Shown here: positions 49,059 to 58,958 of the stretch, piece after piece | Layout: each line of letters begins with the position of its first letter | How positions within the stretch are numbered: the first letter of the stretch is position 1 | Virus record (IMG/VR): IMGVR_UViG_3300042566_001780 | Span: 62,001 to 126,000 of that record | Direction: 5' to 3' (one strand) | Length of the DNA: 64,000 nt | The notes under the pieces: generated by a model | Database searches by the model: none | What the model was told of the DNA's origin: nothing | The model's input: only the letters and a program-made list of their open reading frames with translations | Program-made: the position numbers and the translations under genes

Positions 49059-49382
49059 GTTTTGCTTGGATGAAGATCAACTCGAGAGAGAAGATCGTTT
49101 GAAGAGAAAACGAAGGCTCAGCCATAAGCAGTGCGCGCAATTTATAGGCATTATGGGGCAAATAAGCTTTAGTGCTGAGCAGTGACAAATAAGAAAGGTG
49201 ATTTTTCATAAGCTATAGCTTAGACATAGCACCATCAATTGAAAAGAAGCACTATTCACCCTAATTACACCAGAGGATCCCAGGGACACCAAAATAAGAA
49301 TAACATATGGTACCTTATCCGAGTAAAGAAACACCTCTGGTGACACCTAATGCATTTTGTTAGCCACTCAACCTGCGTTTGT

Positions 49383-49390
49383 CTAAATAG
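49383..49390 (+). promoter_or_regulatory. late promoter CTAAATAG (lysis genes)
   Basis: Upstream of the endolysin. Confidence 0.65.
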
Positions 49391-49442
49391 ACTATAGAAC
49401 CAAAAAGAAAAAGTAAAACAAAGTTATTACAGGGAGACCATC

Positions 49443-50060
49443 ATGATTTCATTTGACCAGTTTATGGCATGCACTTCATCTTCAAGAGAGAATGCTATGA
49501 AGTACTATCAGCCGACTTTAGATGCTATGAAACGTTTTGACATCAGCACACCAAAAAGAATTGCTGGTTTTTTAGCTCAGATTGCACATGAAAGCGGAAA
49601 TCTAGCCAGACTTGAGGAAAACTTAAACTATTCTGCAGAAGGTCTGATGAGAGTGTGGCCTTCACGTTTCCCGACTTTAGCATCTGCATCTCGCTATCAC
49701 CGGAACCCTAGGCTCATTGCTAATAAAGTTTATTCTAGTCGAATGGGAAATGGTGATGAAGCTTCTGGTGATGGATGGAAATATCGTGGTCGCGGGTTAA
49801 AGCAGCTGACCGGAAAAGACAATTATCGCAGAGCTTCATCTTCTTTAGGTGTTGATCTTGTTGAAAATCCAGATGCTTTATTGACCCCGCAATATGCTGC
49901 GTTATCAGCAGCATGGTTTTGGTCAGTTAATGGGCTTAATGCTATAGCAGACGGTGGAACAATAGAAGCAATGACAAAAAAGATTAATGGCGGTCTCATT
50001 GGCATAGAAGACAGAAGAGCGCGTTACCAAAAAGCGCTTAGAATTTTAGGCGTGTTATGA
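49443..50060 (+). CDS. endolysin, glycoside hydrolase family 19
   Basis: FLAQIAHESG, ENLNYS, YRGRGLKQLTG..NY, INGG. Confidence 0.9.
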   Translation: MISFDQFMACTSSSRENAMKYYQPTLDAMKRFDISTPKRIAGFLAQIAHESGNLARLEENLNYSAEGLMRVWPSRFPTLASASRYHRNPRLIANKVYSSRMGNGDEASGDGWKYRGRGLKQLTGKDNYRRASSSLGVDLVENPDALLTPQYAALSAAWFWSVNGLNAIADGGTIEAMTKKINGGLIGIEDRRARYQKALRILGVL

Positions 50061-50512
50061 ATAACTTTTTGACGATATTTGGGATGCAAATTGAACCTGT
50101 ATCCCTAATCATTTTTATTGCTATCATTGGCATCATTTTTCTTTTCTATCGAATACAGAAAACTGAAAAATTGGATTTTGCCGATATGATAACAAAAAAT
50201 GGTAGATCTGTATCATTGACCAAGGTGCTTCAGTTAGTAGGTGGTGTCACTTCTACTTGGGTCATTATCAAATTGACTTTGAGTGGGACGCTTGCTATGG
50301 AAATGTTCGCCGTGTATTTGACGTACGTAGCATCAATCGAAGGTTTCAGCAAATTTATGGCAGCAAAATATCGCTACGAAGAAAAATCTGTGCGCGATAA
50401 TTCTGAGTACCCACCAAGTCAACCATACTCACCGTACGAAGATACCAATCCACCGACGACGGAAACTGTAACAGAGTGTAAAAAGTGCAAAGAGCACGAA
50501 AATCTAGGTTAG
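50057..50512 (+). CDS. putative holin-like membrane protein
   Basis: Three hydrophobic segments; coupled to the endolysin. Confidence 0.45.
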   Translation: MNNFLTIFGMQIEPVSLIIFIAIIGIIFLFYRIQKTEKLDFADMITKNGRSVSLTKVLQLVGGVTSTWVIIKLTLSGTLAMEMFAVYLTYVASIEGFSKFMAAKYRYEEKSVRDNSEYPPSQPYSPYEDTNPPTTETVTECKKCKEHENLG

Positions 50513-50551
50513 AATTCATCCATGTTCAACAACACTGTTAAGGTGTAAATC

Positions 50552-50812
50552 ATGCCCTCTATCCTGAATCGTGCTCAACTGGTCAATCGTCAGCTGTTTG
50601 ACCCCACCAATGAAGCTCACCTGATCAGTTTGAAAAACTATCTGAGGACCGGAAATTGGGGTGATGTGCAGTTCTTTGCAGAACTGCCGTTTGTTGAAGT
50701 GCCGATCACTGTGCTGACCAAATATGCTCAGCATCTGCTTGATGTTGTTCCCGAAACGGTTCGGGAAAAAGATGCTCGTATGAATGAAAAACGTGTGATT
50801 CGTGTGAAATGA
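50552..50812 (+). CDS. hypothetical protein
   Basis: FDPTNEAH motif; early promoter at 50510. Confidence 0.6.
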   Translation: MPSILNRAQLVNRQLFDPTNEAHLISLKNYLRTGNWGDVQFFAELPFVEVPITVLTKYAQHLLDVVPETVREKDARMNEKRVIRVK

Positions 50813-51090
50813 CAGAAATGGCATTTGCGCTTAGGACTAGTCGGGTGATCTCAAAAAATCCACTAGTCCTAACCAACAAACCTGATGGCATGTTCATCAG
50901 GAAGAAAGATCATCTTTTTACTGATCACAAACCTTCTGCAATGATTTTCACAAAAGCATATGACGCAGAGGACTTTTTGATTGACTGGAAAAAGATTCAT
51001 TATGAGTTCAGAAACTATCCATTCTTCTTGATTCAAGTAGAAGTCGAACCTGTAGTTCAGCGACAAGTAGCAGTTCTTCGGCAGTTGTAA
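50809..51090 (+). CDS. hypothetical protein
   Basis: Coupled ORF. Confidence 0.55.
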   Translation: MTEMAFALRTSRVISKNPLVLTNKPDGMFIRKKDHLFTDHKPSAMIFTKAYDAEDFLIDWKKIHYEFRNYPFFLIQVEVEPVVQRQVAVLRQL

Positions 51091-51141
51091 GATTGGGAAG
51101 CCCAAAAAGCGTGTTAGAATAGCTTTTTGGGCTTTTTCTTT

Positions 51142-51579
51142 ATGAAATCAAATTTAGACTCAACCTACATTAGAATGGCCATCATGATGGCAGAGAACTC
51201 TAAGGCTGTGCGTTCTAAGGTAGGCGCTATCTTGGTGACCAGCCATGGCGTTATTCTACCTGGTTATAATGGTACTGTTCGCGGACTTGACAACATTTGC
51301 GAAAACGAAGTGAATGGCGTTCTTGTTACCAAACCTGAAGTCATTCATGCTGAGCTAAATTGCATTCTTAAAGCTGCAAAAGAAGGCATTTCGATTGTAG
51401 ACTCCACCGTCTACATTACTTTGTCTCCATGCATGCAGTGCTCTGCAATGATTGCACAGAGCGGCATAAAGCGCGTAGTATTTTTGCATAAGTATCGTGA
51501 TTCTGCAGGAATTGATTTCCTTCATAAAGCCGGTGTTTCAGTTGAACATATCAACATAGATGGCAATGCAAGAAGTTGA
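51142..51579 (+). CDS. dCMP deaminase
   Basis: KVGA, GYNG, HAELN, TLSPCMQC. Confidence 0.92.
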   Translation: MKSNLDSTYIRMAIMMAENSKAVRSKVGAILVTSHGVILPGYNGTVRGLDNICENEVNGVLVTKPEVIHAELNCILKAAKEGISIVDSTVYITLSPCMQCSAMIAQSGIKRVVFLHKYRDSAGIDFLHKAGVSVEHINIDGNARS

Positions 51580-52117
51580 AAATTGGGTTGAGCTTGAAGA
51601 TCGCATTCTTCGATTTGATGGCGTGTCCATTATCTCTCCTATAGATGTACCTGCGTTTTTAATGCGTGGTGCACTCCCTAATTCTATTCGCGTCACCGAA
51701 ATCAATAAAGACATTGACTTATTCAATCAAAGCTGTCTTGAGTCAGATTTGATTGGCACTGACATTTTTGACATTCAACTATCACCCATTGAAATTTGTA
51801 TTCCAGAAAAATACAAACATTTGGATGTAGTTGAACTTATTCTCCCAAGATACAAAAAAGTTTGCCAATCATATTCAAAAGAAGAAATAGAAAAATCTGA
51901 AATTCGAATAGCTCAGGAGCTTAATGAATTTGAGCGGCGTAATATTCTTGACCTAATCAAAATCATTGCTTTTATTATTGATGAGTTTAAGCACTCAAAT
52001 CAACTTTGGGGAGTTGGTCGTGGATCTTCATGCGCCTCATATCTTCTGTTTTTGATCGGCCTTCATATGGTAGATCCTGTCAAATATGACATACCACTAT
52101 CCGAATTCTTGAAGTGA
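51560..52117 (+). CDS. DnaE (Pol III alpha)-like fragment A
   Basis: WGVGRGSSCASYLLFLIGLHMVDPVKYDI..EFL. Confidence 0.85.
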   Translation: MAMQEVENWVELEDRILRFDGVSIISPIDVPAFLMRGALPNSIRVTEINKDIDLFNQSCLESDLIGTDIFDIQLSPIEICIPEKYKHLDVVELILPRYKKVCQSYSKEEIEKSEIRIAQELNEFERRNILDLIKIIAFIIDEFKHSNQLWGVGRGSSCASYLLFLIGLHMVDPVKYDIPLSEFLK

Positions 52118-52142
52118 TCAAGAAAACAGCAAAAAATTCTTG

Positions 52143-52150
52143 CTAAATAG
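52143..52150 (+). promoter_or_regulatory. late promoter CTAAATAG
   Basis: Upstream of the GroES operon. Confidence 0.6.
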
Positions 52151-52182
52151 AGAATCCCCTATATTTTATGGAGTAATCATAG

Positions 52183-52383
52183 ATGCTCAAAACAGTTCGA
52201 AGTGCGCGTGGCACAGTTGTAGATTTTCAATTACTTGCAATTAAGTCGCAGTTGGCGGCAAAGCCTGCCCCGAAAGAAGTAATTGATCGTAAAGTGTTCA
52301 TTGAAGAACGAGACGGAGTGAAAGCTAAAAACTCCATTCCTACCACACCAGAAGAAATTATTTCTGCACCTAAGACAAAGTGA
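52183..52383 (+). CDS. conserved hypothetical protein
   Basis: RSARGTVVDF; GGAG RBS. Confidence 0.55.
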   Translation: MLKTVRSARGTVVDFQLLAIKSQLAAKPAPKEVIDRKVFIEERDGVKAKNSIPTTPEEIISAPKTK

Positions 52384-52712
52384 ATCTAATGACAAATTTA
52401 CGTCCCCTCAAAAATACTGTTCTCTTCCAATTTCTTGATGATACTGGTGGAGCAAAAGGTCGCTTCTCTGAAAGATATAACGGGTCTATTGTTATTCCGG
52501 TTCTTAACTCCAATCAAAACAAATCTTCCCGATGGGGTAAAGTTGTTAGCATTGGCCCAGAGGTTCAAGAGGTTAAAGTTGGCGACTTCATTTTGATTGA
52601 ACCTCTCCAATGGACAAACAATGAAGTTTTTGAGGGTGAGAAGATCTGGAAGACAGATGAAGGCAAGATTATGCTTTCAACAGACGACGAATCTCAAACC
52701 TATAATTTCTAA
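52380..52712 (+). CDS. GroES-like co-chaperonin
   Basis: LRPL..VL, GKVVSIGP, VKVGD. Confidence 0.8.
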   Translation: MNLMTNLRPLKNTVLFQFLDDTGGAKGRFSERYNGSIVIPVLNSNQNKSSRWGKVVSIGPEVQEVKVGDFILIEPLQWTNNEVFEGEKIWKTDEGKIMLSTDDESQTYNF

Positions 52713-52714
52713 TC

Positions 52715-53872
52715 ATGTTTTTTATTGCACTAACTTTTGCTGCGGCTTTTTTGATTGAAGGGCTCGGCACACTCGTATCCGTCATTGGATTGAGTAGCCT
52801 GTTTGGCTCAAATTTGATCATTATTGCTTTAGCAATTTCCCTAGATCTTGGGAAAATTGTTGTTGTGAGTTTGCTTTACACTTACTGGAACAAGCTTGGT
52901 GCAATCATGAAAAGCTATGCACTGGTGGCAGCAATAGTCACTATGACTATTACTTCTGCCGGTGCTGCAGGATACTTGACAGGAAAATTCCAAGAAGCTA
53001 TCCTTGGATCTCAAGAATCATCGATTAGACTCAATGCTCTTCTTGATGAGCAAAAACAATTGACTGAAAGAAAGCAGCAGATTGATGCCCAAATTGCTGC
53101 TATTCCTGATCGATATACCGCTGCCCAAAAAATTCGTTTGATGAATCAGTTTAAAGCTGAACAGACTATTGTCAATAAGCGAATTAATGAGATCACTGCA
53201 CAAGTACCAGAGCTGAAAGTTGCCGATATTAGCAAACAAGCTAAAGCTGGTCCAATTATTCTGCTTGCAAAATCATTCAACGTTACGATTGAAGAAGCTA
53301 TCCTATGGGTGGTGATGATGATCATATTCGTGTTTGATCCATTGGCTGTATTCTTGATCGTTGCTGGCAACTTCTTAGTAGCACAAAGAAAGAAAAATGA
53401 AGAAGTGGCTAAAGAAGTGGCTAAAGAAGTGGTAATTGAGCCTACAGATGCTCCATTAATTGAAGATGATGCAGCGGTGATACCACGAGCTGAAGCTATC
53501 ATTCAACCAATGATCATTGAAGAAAAACCTCAAGTTGACCTTGAATTAGTTCCTATCGAAGAAAAAGAAGAACCTATTCAAGAAGAAGTTATTTCTGAAA
53601 TTCAAAAAGTCAAGAAGCCAAGAAAACCTCGTGCTCCTAAGAAATTGAAACTGGTTCCTATTGTTGAAGAACTGCAAATTGAAGAAGAACCAGTAAAAGA
53701 GACTGTATCTAAAAGACCAGAAATTAAGTTAACTGACTTAATTCATAAAGGCCCACGCCCTGCATCAATTTTGGATGATGTTACACCGGATAATTCTGTA
53801 AAGTTTGATGAAACCCCGGATGCCAATCTGGCATCTTTCTATAAGGACCAAAAGCCTACATCCTCAAACTAA
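52715..53872 (+). CDS. membrane protein with coiled coil and acidic tail
   Basis: N-terminal TMs, IIFVFDPLAV motif. Confidence 0.6.
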   Translation: MFFIALTFAAAFLIEGLGTLVSVIGLSSLFGSNLIIIALAISLDLGKIVVVSLLYTYWNKLGAIMKSYALVAAIVTMTITSAGAAGYLTGKFQEAILGSQESSIRLNALLDEQKQLTERKQQIDAQIAAIPDRYTAAQKIRLMNQFKAEQTIVNKRINEITAQVPELKVADISKQAKAGPIILLAKSFNVTIEEAILWVVMMIIFVFDPLAVFLIVAGNFLVAQRKKNEEVAKEVAKEVVIEPTDAPLIEDDAAVIPRAEAIIQPMIIEEKPQVDLELVPIEEKEEPIQEEVISEIQKVKKPRKPRAPKKLKLVPIVEELQIEEEPVKETVSKRPEIKLTDLIHKGPRPASILDDVTPDNSVKFDETPDANLASFYKDQKPTSSN

Positions 53873-53925
53873 GATAGTTTAGCTAATTTTGAAGTTTACA
53901 ATTTTATTTTTTGGAGTTTTACATA

Positions 53926-54852
53926 ATGAGCATTTTGAAAAGTCTTTGGGTTGAAAAGCATAAACCGTCTACACTTGATGATGTCATTTTCAAAAATGAG
54001 CATGAAAAAGACATTTTTGCAAAGTTTGTTAAAAATAAATCAATCCCAAATCTTTTGCTTGTAGGCGTACAGGGCACGGGTAAAACTACGACTTCTGATG
54101 TCTTGGTCAATGAACTTGGCATTGACAAGATGGATGTACTTCGCATCAACTGCTCAGACGAAAAGATTGATGCAATGCGGGATAAGGTGAAGACATTTGC
54201 CTATACTATGCCAGTTGGTGATTTCAAGGTTGTTCAACTTGAAGAGCTTGATTATGCAGGTCCAGACGCACAGGCGCTTCTTCGAGTATTGATTGAAGAT
54301 GTTAGTGAATCTTGTCGTTTTATTGCCACGGCAAACTATGTCAATAAAATCATCCCAGCTATTCAATCTCGATTCCAAAAAGTCACATTCTCTTTGCCAA
54401 ACAAAGACGATGTTCTGATTCGAGCAGCTGATATTCTTGAAAAAGAAAAGGTTGAATTTGACATCGATGTACTTGATGAACTAGTTTGCATCACTTATCC
54501 AGATATTCGATCAACAATTACTGCACTTGAAATTTACTCTTCAGGTGGAAAGCTTGTCCTTAGTAAAGGCTCTCAATCTGGGATTGCTGACTGGAAATTT
54601 GAACTTCTGGACCTACTTGAAGCTGGTAAATTTTCAGATGCTCGAAAGCTTGTTTGCAATTCTGCAAGCAAAGAAGAATTGCAAGATATTTTCTCATTCC
54701 TCTATCAAAATTCTCATAAGCTAAAGTGTCCTCAGGATGAAGCAGTGGTGTTGATTGCAAACTATGCTTACAAACACACTTTTGTAGCTGATGCTGAATT
54801 GAATGTGGCAGCATTGATGATCGAACTGGGAATGTTGAATGGCAGCAAGTAA
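53926..54852 (+). CDS. clamp loader large subunit, T4 gp44/RFC-like
   Basis: LWVEKHKP, GVQGTGKT, IQSRF, YPDIR. Confidence 0.9.
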   Translation: MSILKSLWVEKHKPSTLDDVIFKNEHEKDIFAKFVKNKSIPNLLLVGVQGTGKTTTSDVLVNELGIDKMDVLRINCSDEKIDAMRDKVKTFAYTMPVGDFKVVQLEELDYAGPDAQALLRVLIEDVSESCRFIATANYVNKIIPAIQSRFQKVTFSLPNKDDVLIRAADILEKEKVEFDIDVLDELVCITYPDIRSTITALEIYSSGGKLVLSKGSQSGIADWKFELLDLLEAGKFSDARKLVCNSASKEELQDIFSFLYQNSHKLKCPQDEAVVLIANYAYKHTFVADAELNVAALMIELGMLNGSK

Positions 54853-55333
54853 AGAGTTTGATCTTTTTGGATTTTTGGAAAAGCTCGGTTCTCGTAGCCT
54901 AAATGCATACACTAATTTATCTGATGAAGAGAAAAAACAAGCATCTCCTCTAATTATTGCTCGTTGGCTTACTGGCACTAATGATGCTGCTCAAATCATC
55001 CGCATGAATGAAGCAGTTAATCCCTTTGTTTTTAGTTTAGGTTCGCATAAAGAGCTTCTATTCAAATTGATGGCATCTGCATCAACTGGGAATACTAGAC
55101 GTTATTCCTGGAAGAAAATGCCATCATCAAGTTCTGAAAAGCTAAAGATTGAAGTCATCAAACAGAGCCTTGGAATATCGACACGTGAAGCTAAAATGCA
55201 TGCTGATACATTCAAAGATCCTGTCCATCTGGTTCAGGCTGCTGAGGAACTTGGGTGGTCAAAAGATCAAATAAAGAAACTGCAAGGCGAATTAGGATTA
55301 GAATTACCTTCTAAGAAGGCTTCAAAGAAATGA
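54839..55333 (+). CDS. clamp loader small subunit, gp62-like
   Basis: Follows gp44; PLIIARWL..MNE..STREA. Confidence 0.65.
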   Translation: MAASKEFDLFGFLEKLGSRSLNAYTNLSDEEKKQASPLIIARWLTGTNDAAQIIRMNEAVNPFVFSLGSHKELLFKLMASASTGNTRRYSWKKMPSSSSEKLKIEVIKQSLGISTREAKMHADTFKDPVHLVQAAEELGWSKDQIKKLQGELGLELPSKKASKK

Positions 55334-56085
55334 CTGTTATGGATAGAGATGAGATCCGTCAATCTGCAAAAAGTCGTAGGTCATCTGCTACGATTGAGCA
55401 ATCTGCCTTTAAAAAGGTAGTATGGGAATGTGAATATTGCTCTCGATCATTTGCAACTGAAACAGGATTCATGGATCACCGTTGCGCAGCAAAAGCAAAG
55501 CTAGATCAATTGAAATCTCCAACCGGTCAGGCTGCGTATTCGCACTATTCTGAATGGATGAAACAGAAGGGACGAAGTGTGCCACCACCTGAAACATTTC
55601 TAGAATCACGGCAATATTCTAATTTCATACGATTTGCAGAATGGTCAAATAAACTGTCAATCCCAAATCCAAAGCAATTCATTAAATTAATGATTGAAGC
55701 AGATGTGTCACCGGTTCTATGGTGTCGGCATAATGCTTACACTATGTTCTTGGAATGGTATGATGGCGTCCATTCACCAGAAGAACAATTTATTGAATCT
55801 CTTGAAGAATTGAAACAGCTTGCGGTTGATGCTGGGTGCGGCCTTTCAGAAATTTATAATGTCTTGGGGGCAGCAGAAATTGCCAAATTGGTGCGCAAGC
55901 GAAAATTGTCGGCTTGGTTGCTAGTGACATCAAAAGTATTTTTGATGTGGGCTCAAAAATTACCGCAACATGAAAAAGACATGTTGAATGAAGCTATTGA
56001 CTTTAAAACTTTTGCAAATAAACTGGGTTCTCGCCCAGACATTACACCGCTATTCAAGAAAGCTTGTGAAAGTGAAGGAATTTAG
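55330..56085 (+). CDS. zinc-finger hypothetical replication protein
   Basis: CEYC..HRC; lies between clamp loader and DnaE fragment B. Confidence 0.55.
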   Translation: MTVMDRDEIRQSAKSRRSSATIEQSAFKKVVWECEYCSRSFATETGFMDHRCAAKAKLDQLKSPTGQAAYSHYSEWMKQKGRSVPPPETFLESRQYSNFIRFAEWSNKLSIPNPKQFIKLMIEADVSPVLWCRHNAYTMFLEWYDGVHSPEEQFIESLEELKQLAVDAGCGLSEIYNVLGAAEIAKLVRKRKLSAWLLVTSKVFLMWAQKLPQHEKDMLNEAIDFKTFANKLGSRPDITPLFKKACESEGI

Positions 56086-56677
56086 ATTTTCCTCTGGTGA
56101 TATCGACATTGATACACCTTCCTCTTTTGATCCTTGCGATTTATTCAAAAATTGGGTTAGGGCTTCTTTAGTAAAAGATGGAAAATTAGTACCACACCCA
56201 AGTGGATACTATCCATCTAATATTCCAAAGGATCCTATCACTAGTCTATCTAGTATCCCATATAACGAAGCTGAATTATTGGGATATTCAAAGATTGACT
56301 TCCTTCATCTGTCAATTTACAATTATGTCAAAGATCGAGCTGATCTTGAACAGTTAGCAAATTCACAGCCCGATTGGAATTTGCTATTGCTACCATCTGT
56401 CCAAACCAGATTATTTCAACTTTCAAATCACGGTCAATTGCTAGATGAAATAAGACCTAAAAGTATCCAAGATCTTGCAGATTGTTTGGCACTCATTCGG
56501 CCCGGCAAGAGAGAAATTCTGCCAATTTATAAAAAAGACAAACAAGTTGGAAGAAGAATGTTGTGGGCAAAGTCTGATAATGATGCATATACCTTCAAAA
56601 AATCGCATGCTATCTCATATGCACTGGTGATTGTGGTGCAATTGAATTTGATAGCCAATTCAAGGATGACATTGTGA
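56066..56677 (+). CDS. DnaE (Pol III alpha)-like fragment B, catalytic palm
   Basis: GDIDID, HPSG, KIDFLHL, ALIRPG, YTFKKSHA.SY; start uncertain. Confidence 0.85.
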   Translation: MKVKEFRFSSGDIDIDTPSSFDPCDLFKNWVRASLVKDGKLVPHPSGYYPSNIPKDPITSLSSIPYNEAELLGYSKIDFLHLSIYNYVKDRADLEQLANSQPDWNLLLLPSVQTRLFQLSNHGQLLDEIRPKSIQDLADCLALIRPGKREILPIYKKDKQVGRRMLWAKSDNDAYTFKKSHAISYALVIVVQLNLIANSRMTL

Positions 56678-56868
56678 CCGAGGAAGATTGGGGGCAGCGA
56701 GCTAAAGAGCTGATTGAAATCTTTTCAGACGACAAGATTAGTGATAAGATTGACAAGATTATGTGTCAAGGGTGCCAAAGAATTATTTTTGTTGACGCGC
56801 AAAAATGTGTACAAACCTCAAATGTAGTATTACAATCAACCCATCTCATCAACCAAGCTAAATTGATC

Positions 56869-57048
56869 ATGGCAGCAAAACAGGTAGTCTACAAAGGTCT
56901 GGTTCTCATGAAAGGCAGCACTGCACTTGAACTGTGGGATGCATGGCAGAAAGAAACGAAGGATCGAAATTCTGCCCAAAAGAAACTTGATGTCCACATG
57001 AAAGACGTTGAAACTCGTCACAAAGAACTTCTGGAGCGCTACAAATGA
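56869..57048 (+). CDS. small hypothetical protein
   Basis: Likely ATG 56869, after TACAAT at 56831. Confidence 0.5.
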   Translation: MAAKQVVYKGLVLMKGSTALELWDAWQKETKDRNSAQKKLDVHMKDVETRHKELLERYK

Positions 57049-58073
57049 ATATCCTAGCTAAAGTGTTGTACGGTTCCCACCTTTATGGGACCAACACTCC
57101 AACTTCCGATCAGGACTTCAAAATTGTCTATCTGCCAAGTTTGAAGACTGCTTTGCTTGGTCAAAAATTCAATACTGTTCGTCATCGCTATGATAAGGAT
57201 GGGAATGTTATTGCTGATAACCAAAGTATGCCGGCAGATGGATATGAGGATGAATGCATTCCTATTCAAAAGTTTGTGGCTGACTATATCAGCGGGCAGA
57301 CTTACGCAATTGAACTTGCACATGCAATTGCTAACAATGCATTTACTGGAACTGCAACTACAGAGTTTCAGGAACTTTGTCAAGATCTGGTGTTTCAATA
57401 TGCACATTCTTCTATCATGGGAATGATGGGTTTTGCAATGAAGCAGACATTTGACTATGTGATGCGCGGTGAGCGTTTGAACAAAGCTCAGCAAGTTCAT
57501 GATGTGCTTGAACGTATCATGGCAGAGAATTTCCAAACGTACACAAAGCGTCCACGCCTCGACTCTCTTCTCCCAAATGGGCTGACGGTTCTTGAAGAAG
57601 TTGCAAAAGTATGCGAACTCGAGTCTGGAATTGTTCACAGTCACGATATTCCATTCAAGACTTTGAAATTGAATGGCCGTGAGTATCTCATCACTACTAC
57701 GATCGAGAATATGATTGACGCGGCCAAGCGGCTCGTTGATCAATATGGCAATCGTTCAAATCGAGCTGCAGAAACAGAGGTTGATCCAAAATCTCTCATG
57801 CATGCAGTTCGTGTTTACGAGCAAGTGGTAGAACTTTTGACTACCGGGAAGATTGTATTTCCTCGTCAAAATGCTCAAGAGTTGCTGACAATCAAAAATC
57901 AGCAGATGAAATCCGAAGATTGCAAAAAGCTTTTGATTGCCCTGGACAAAGACGCAAATCGTATGATCGAGGAAGCAACTCTGTTGCCTAAAATGAGCCC
58001 GGAATTTCAGCAACAGATCCTGGATTATTTTTATTCCAATTATTTGCTCCCAATGTACGACTCAAATCCTTAA
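57045..58073 (+). CDS. nucleotidyltransferase (T4 NrdC.11/RlaP-like)
   Basis: YGSHLYGTNTPTSDQD; KSLMHAVR. Confidence 0.8.
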   Translation: MNILAKVLYGSHLYGTNTPTSDQDFKIVYLPSLKTALLGQKFNTVRHRYDKDGNVIADNQSMPADGYEDECIPIQKFVADYISGQTYAIELAHAIANNAFTGTATTEFQELCQDLVFQYAHSSIMGMMGFAMKQTFDYVMRGERLNKAQQVHDVLERIMAENFQTYTKRPRLDSLLPNGLTVLEEVAKVCELESGIVHSHDIPFKTLKLNGREYLITTTIENMIDAAKRLVDQYGNRSNRAAETEVDPKSLMHAVRVYEQVVELLTTGKIVFPRQNAQELLTIKNQQMKSEDCKKLLIALDKDANRMIEEATLLPKMSPEFQQQILDYFYSNYLLPMYDSNP

Positions 58074-58496
58074 CGATTTTGGCCGTATTTCAATAGTTGG
58101 AGAAATTGTAATGACACGACGTCTTTTTACTTTAGGCGTCGTGTCATATTTATTTTCATACACTGTCCCAACGAGTCGAGTAATGAATGGAATTTCAAAC
58201 GTCTTGTAGATGTTTTTGGTGATTGGAGTAACTCCAAGTTTTGATAATTCAAAACTTAATGGATATGCCCCCTTTGAATCAATCAACCATTTTTTGGCAT
58301 ATTCCATAAACATCTGTAGATTCAGCCCCTCCTGAAGTGCATAGTCTAATACGTATGCACCGACTGAATCTGGTGTTACAATATCTACAATGACCAAATA
58401 GGATTCTTGTTTATGCTCTATCATTGAAAGCATATTCAAATTTGTGGAATCGTTAACTGGTTCTATAATTAATTTTGGTAATTTCTTTTTTGCCAT
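58062..58496 (-). CDS. conserved hypothetical protein
   Basis: TTAAATAG late-type motif at 58522-58529 upstream. Confidence 0.6.
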   Translation of the reverse strand: MAKKKLPKLIIEPVNDSTNLNMLSMIEHKQESYLVIVDIVTPDSVGAYVLDYALQEGLNLQMFMEYAKKWLIDSKGAYPLSFELSKLGVTPITKNIYKTFEIPFITRLVGTVYENKYDTTPKVKRRRVITISPTIEIRPKSLRI

Positions 58497-58556
58497 AGTA
58501 TTCTGAATTCATAATCAGAACCTATTTAACCTGATTTTTCGATCAAAAACAACCCC

Positions 58557-58958
58557 ATGATCAACGTGGAAAGTCTTAAGGAAGATCTTGCTCGAGAACT
58601 TCAGAATGTAGCCAATAAGCACGGGCTAACTCCAGGCCAATTGAAAATTGTTTACTCAGATGTAGATGTCAAAATTTCATTAGTGATGGTCGAGACTCAA
58701 GCACCGGACATTCAAGCGGAGTTTGTCAGAAATTTACGTAAAAATGGGCATTTTTACAATTTGACTCTCGATCATCTCAACCGTGATGTTATAATAGGTC
58801 TAAGCACTGCTACTTTTCAGGGTCTTCGTGGAAAGAAAGCCGTGCTTAAGCAATCTAGTGGAAAGCTGGTTTTCCATGATGCATCTATCATTTCTCAATT
58901 GTTGAAAATTTCAAATGAGCCAAAAGACTACTCCTCCGCAACGCCAAATTCTGACTGA
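58557..58958 (+). CDS. hypothetical protein
   Basis: 133-aa ORF. Confidence 0.55.
   Translation: MINVESLKEDLARELQNVANKHGLTPGQLKIVYSDVDVKISLVMVETQAPDIQAEFVRNLRKNGHFYNLTLDHLNRDVIIGLSTATFQGLRGKKAVLKQSSGKLVFHDASIISQLLKISNEPKDYSSATPNSD

Noticed and set aside
53400-53433. 12-bp tandem repeat encoding EVAK/EVAK/EVV
   Set aside because: Short in-frame low-complexity linker with no wider pattern
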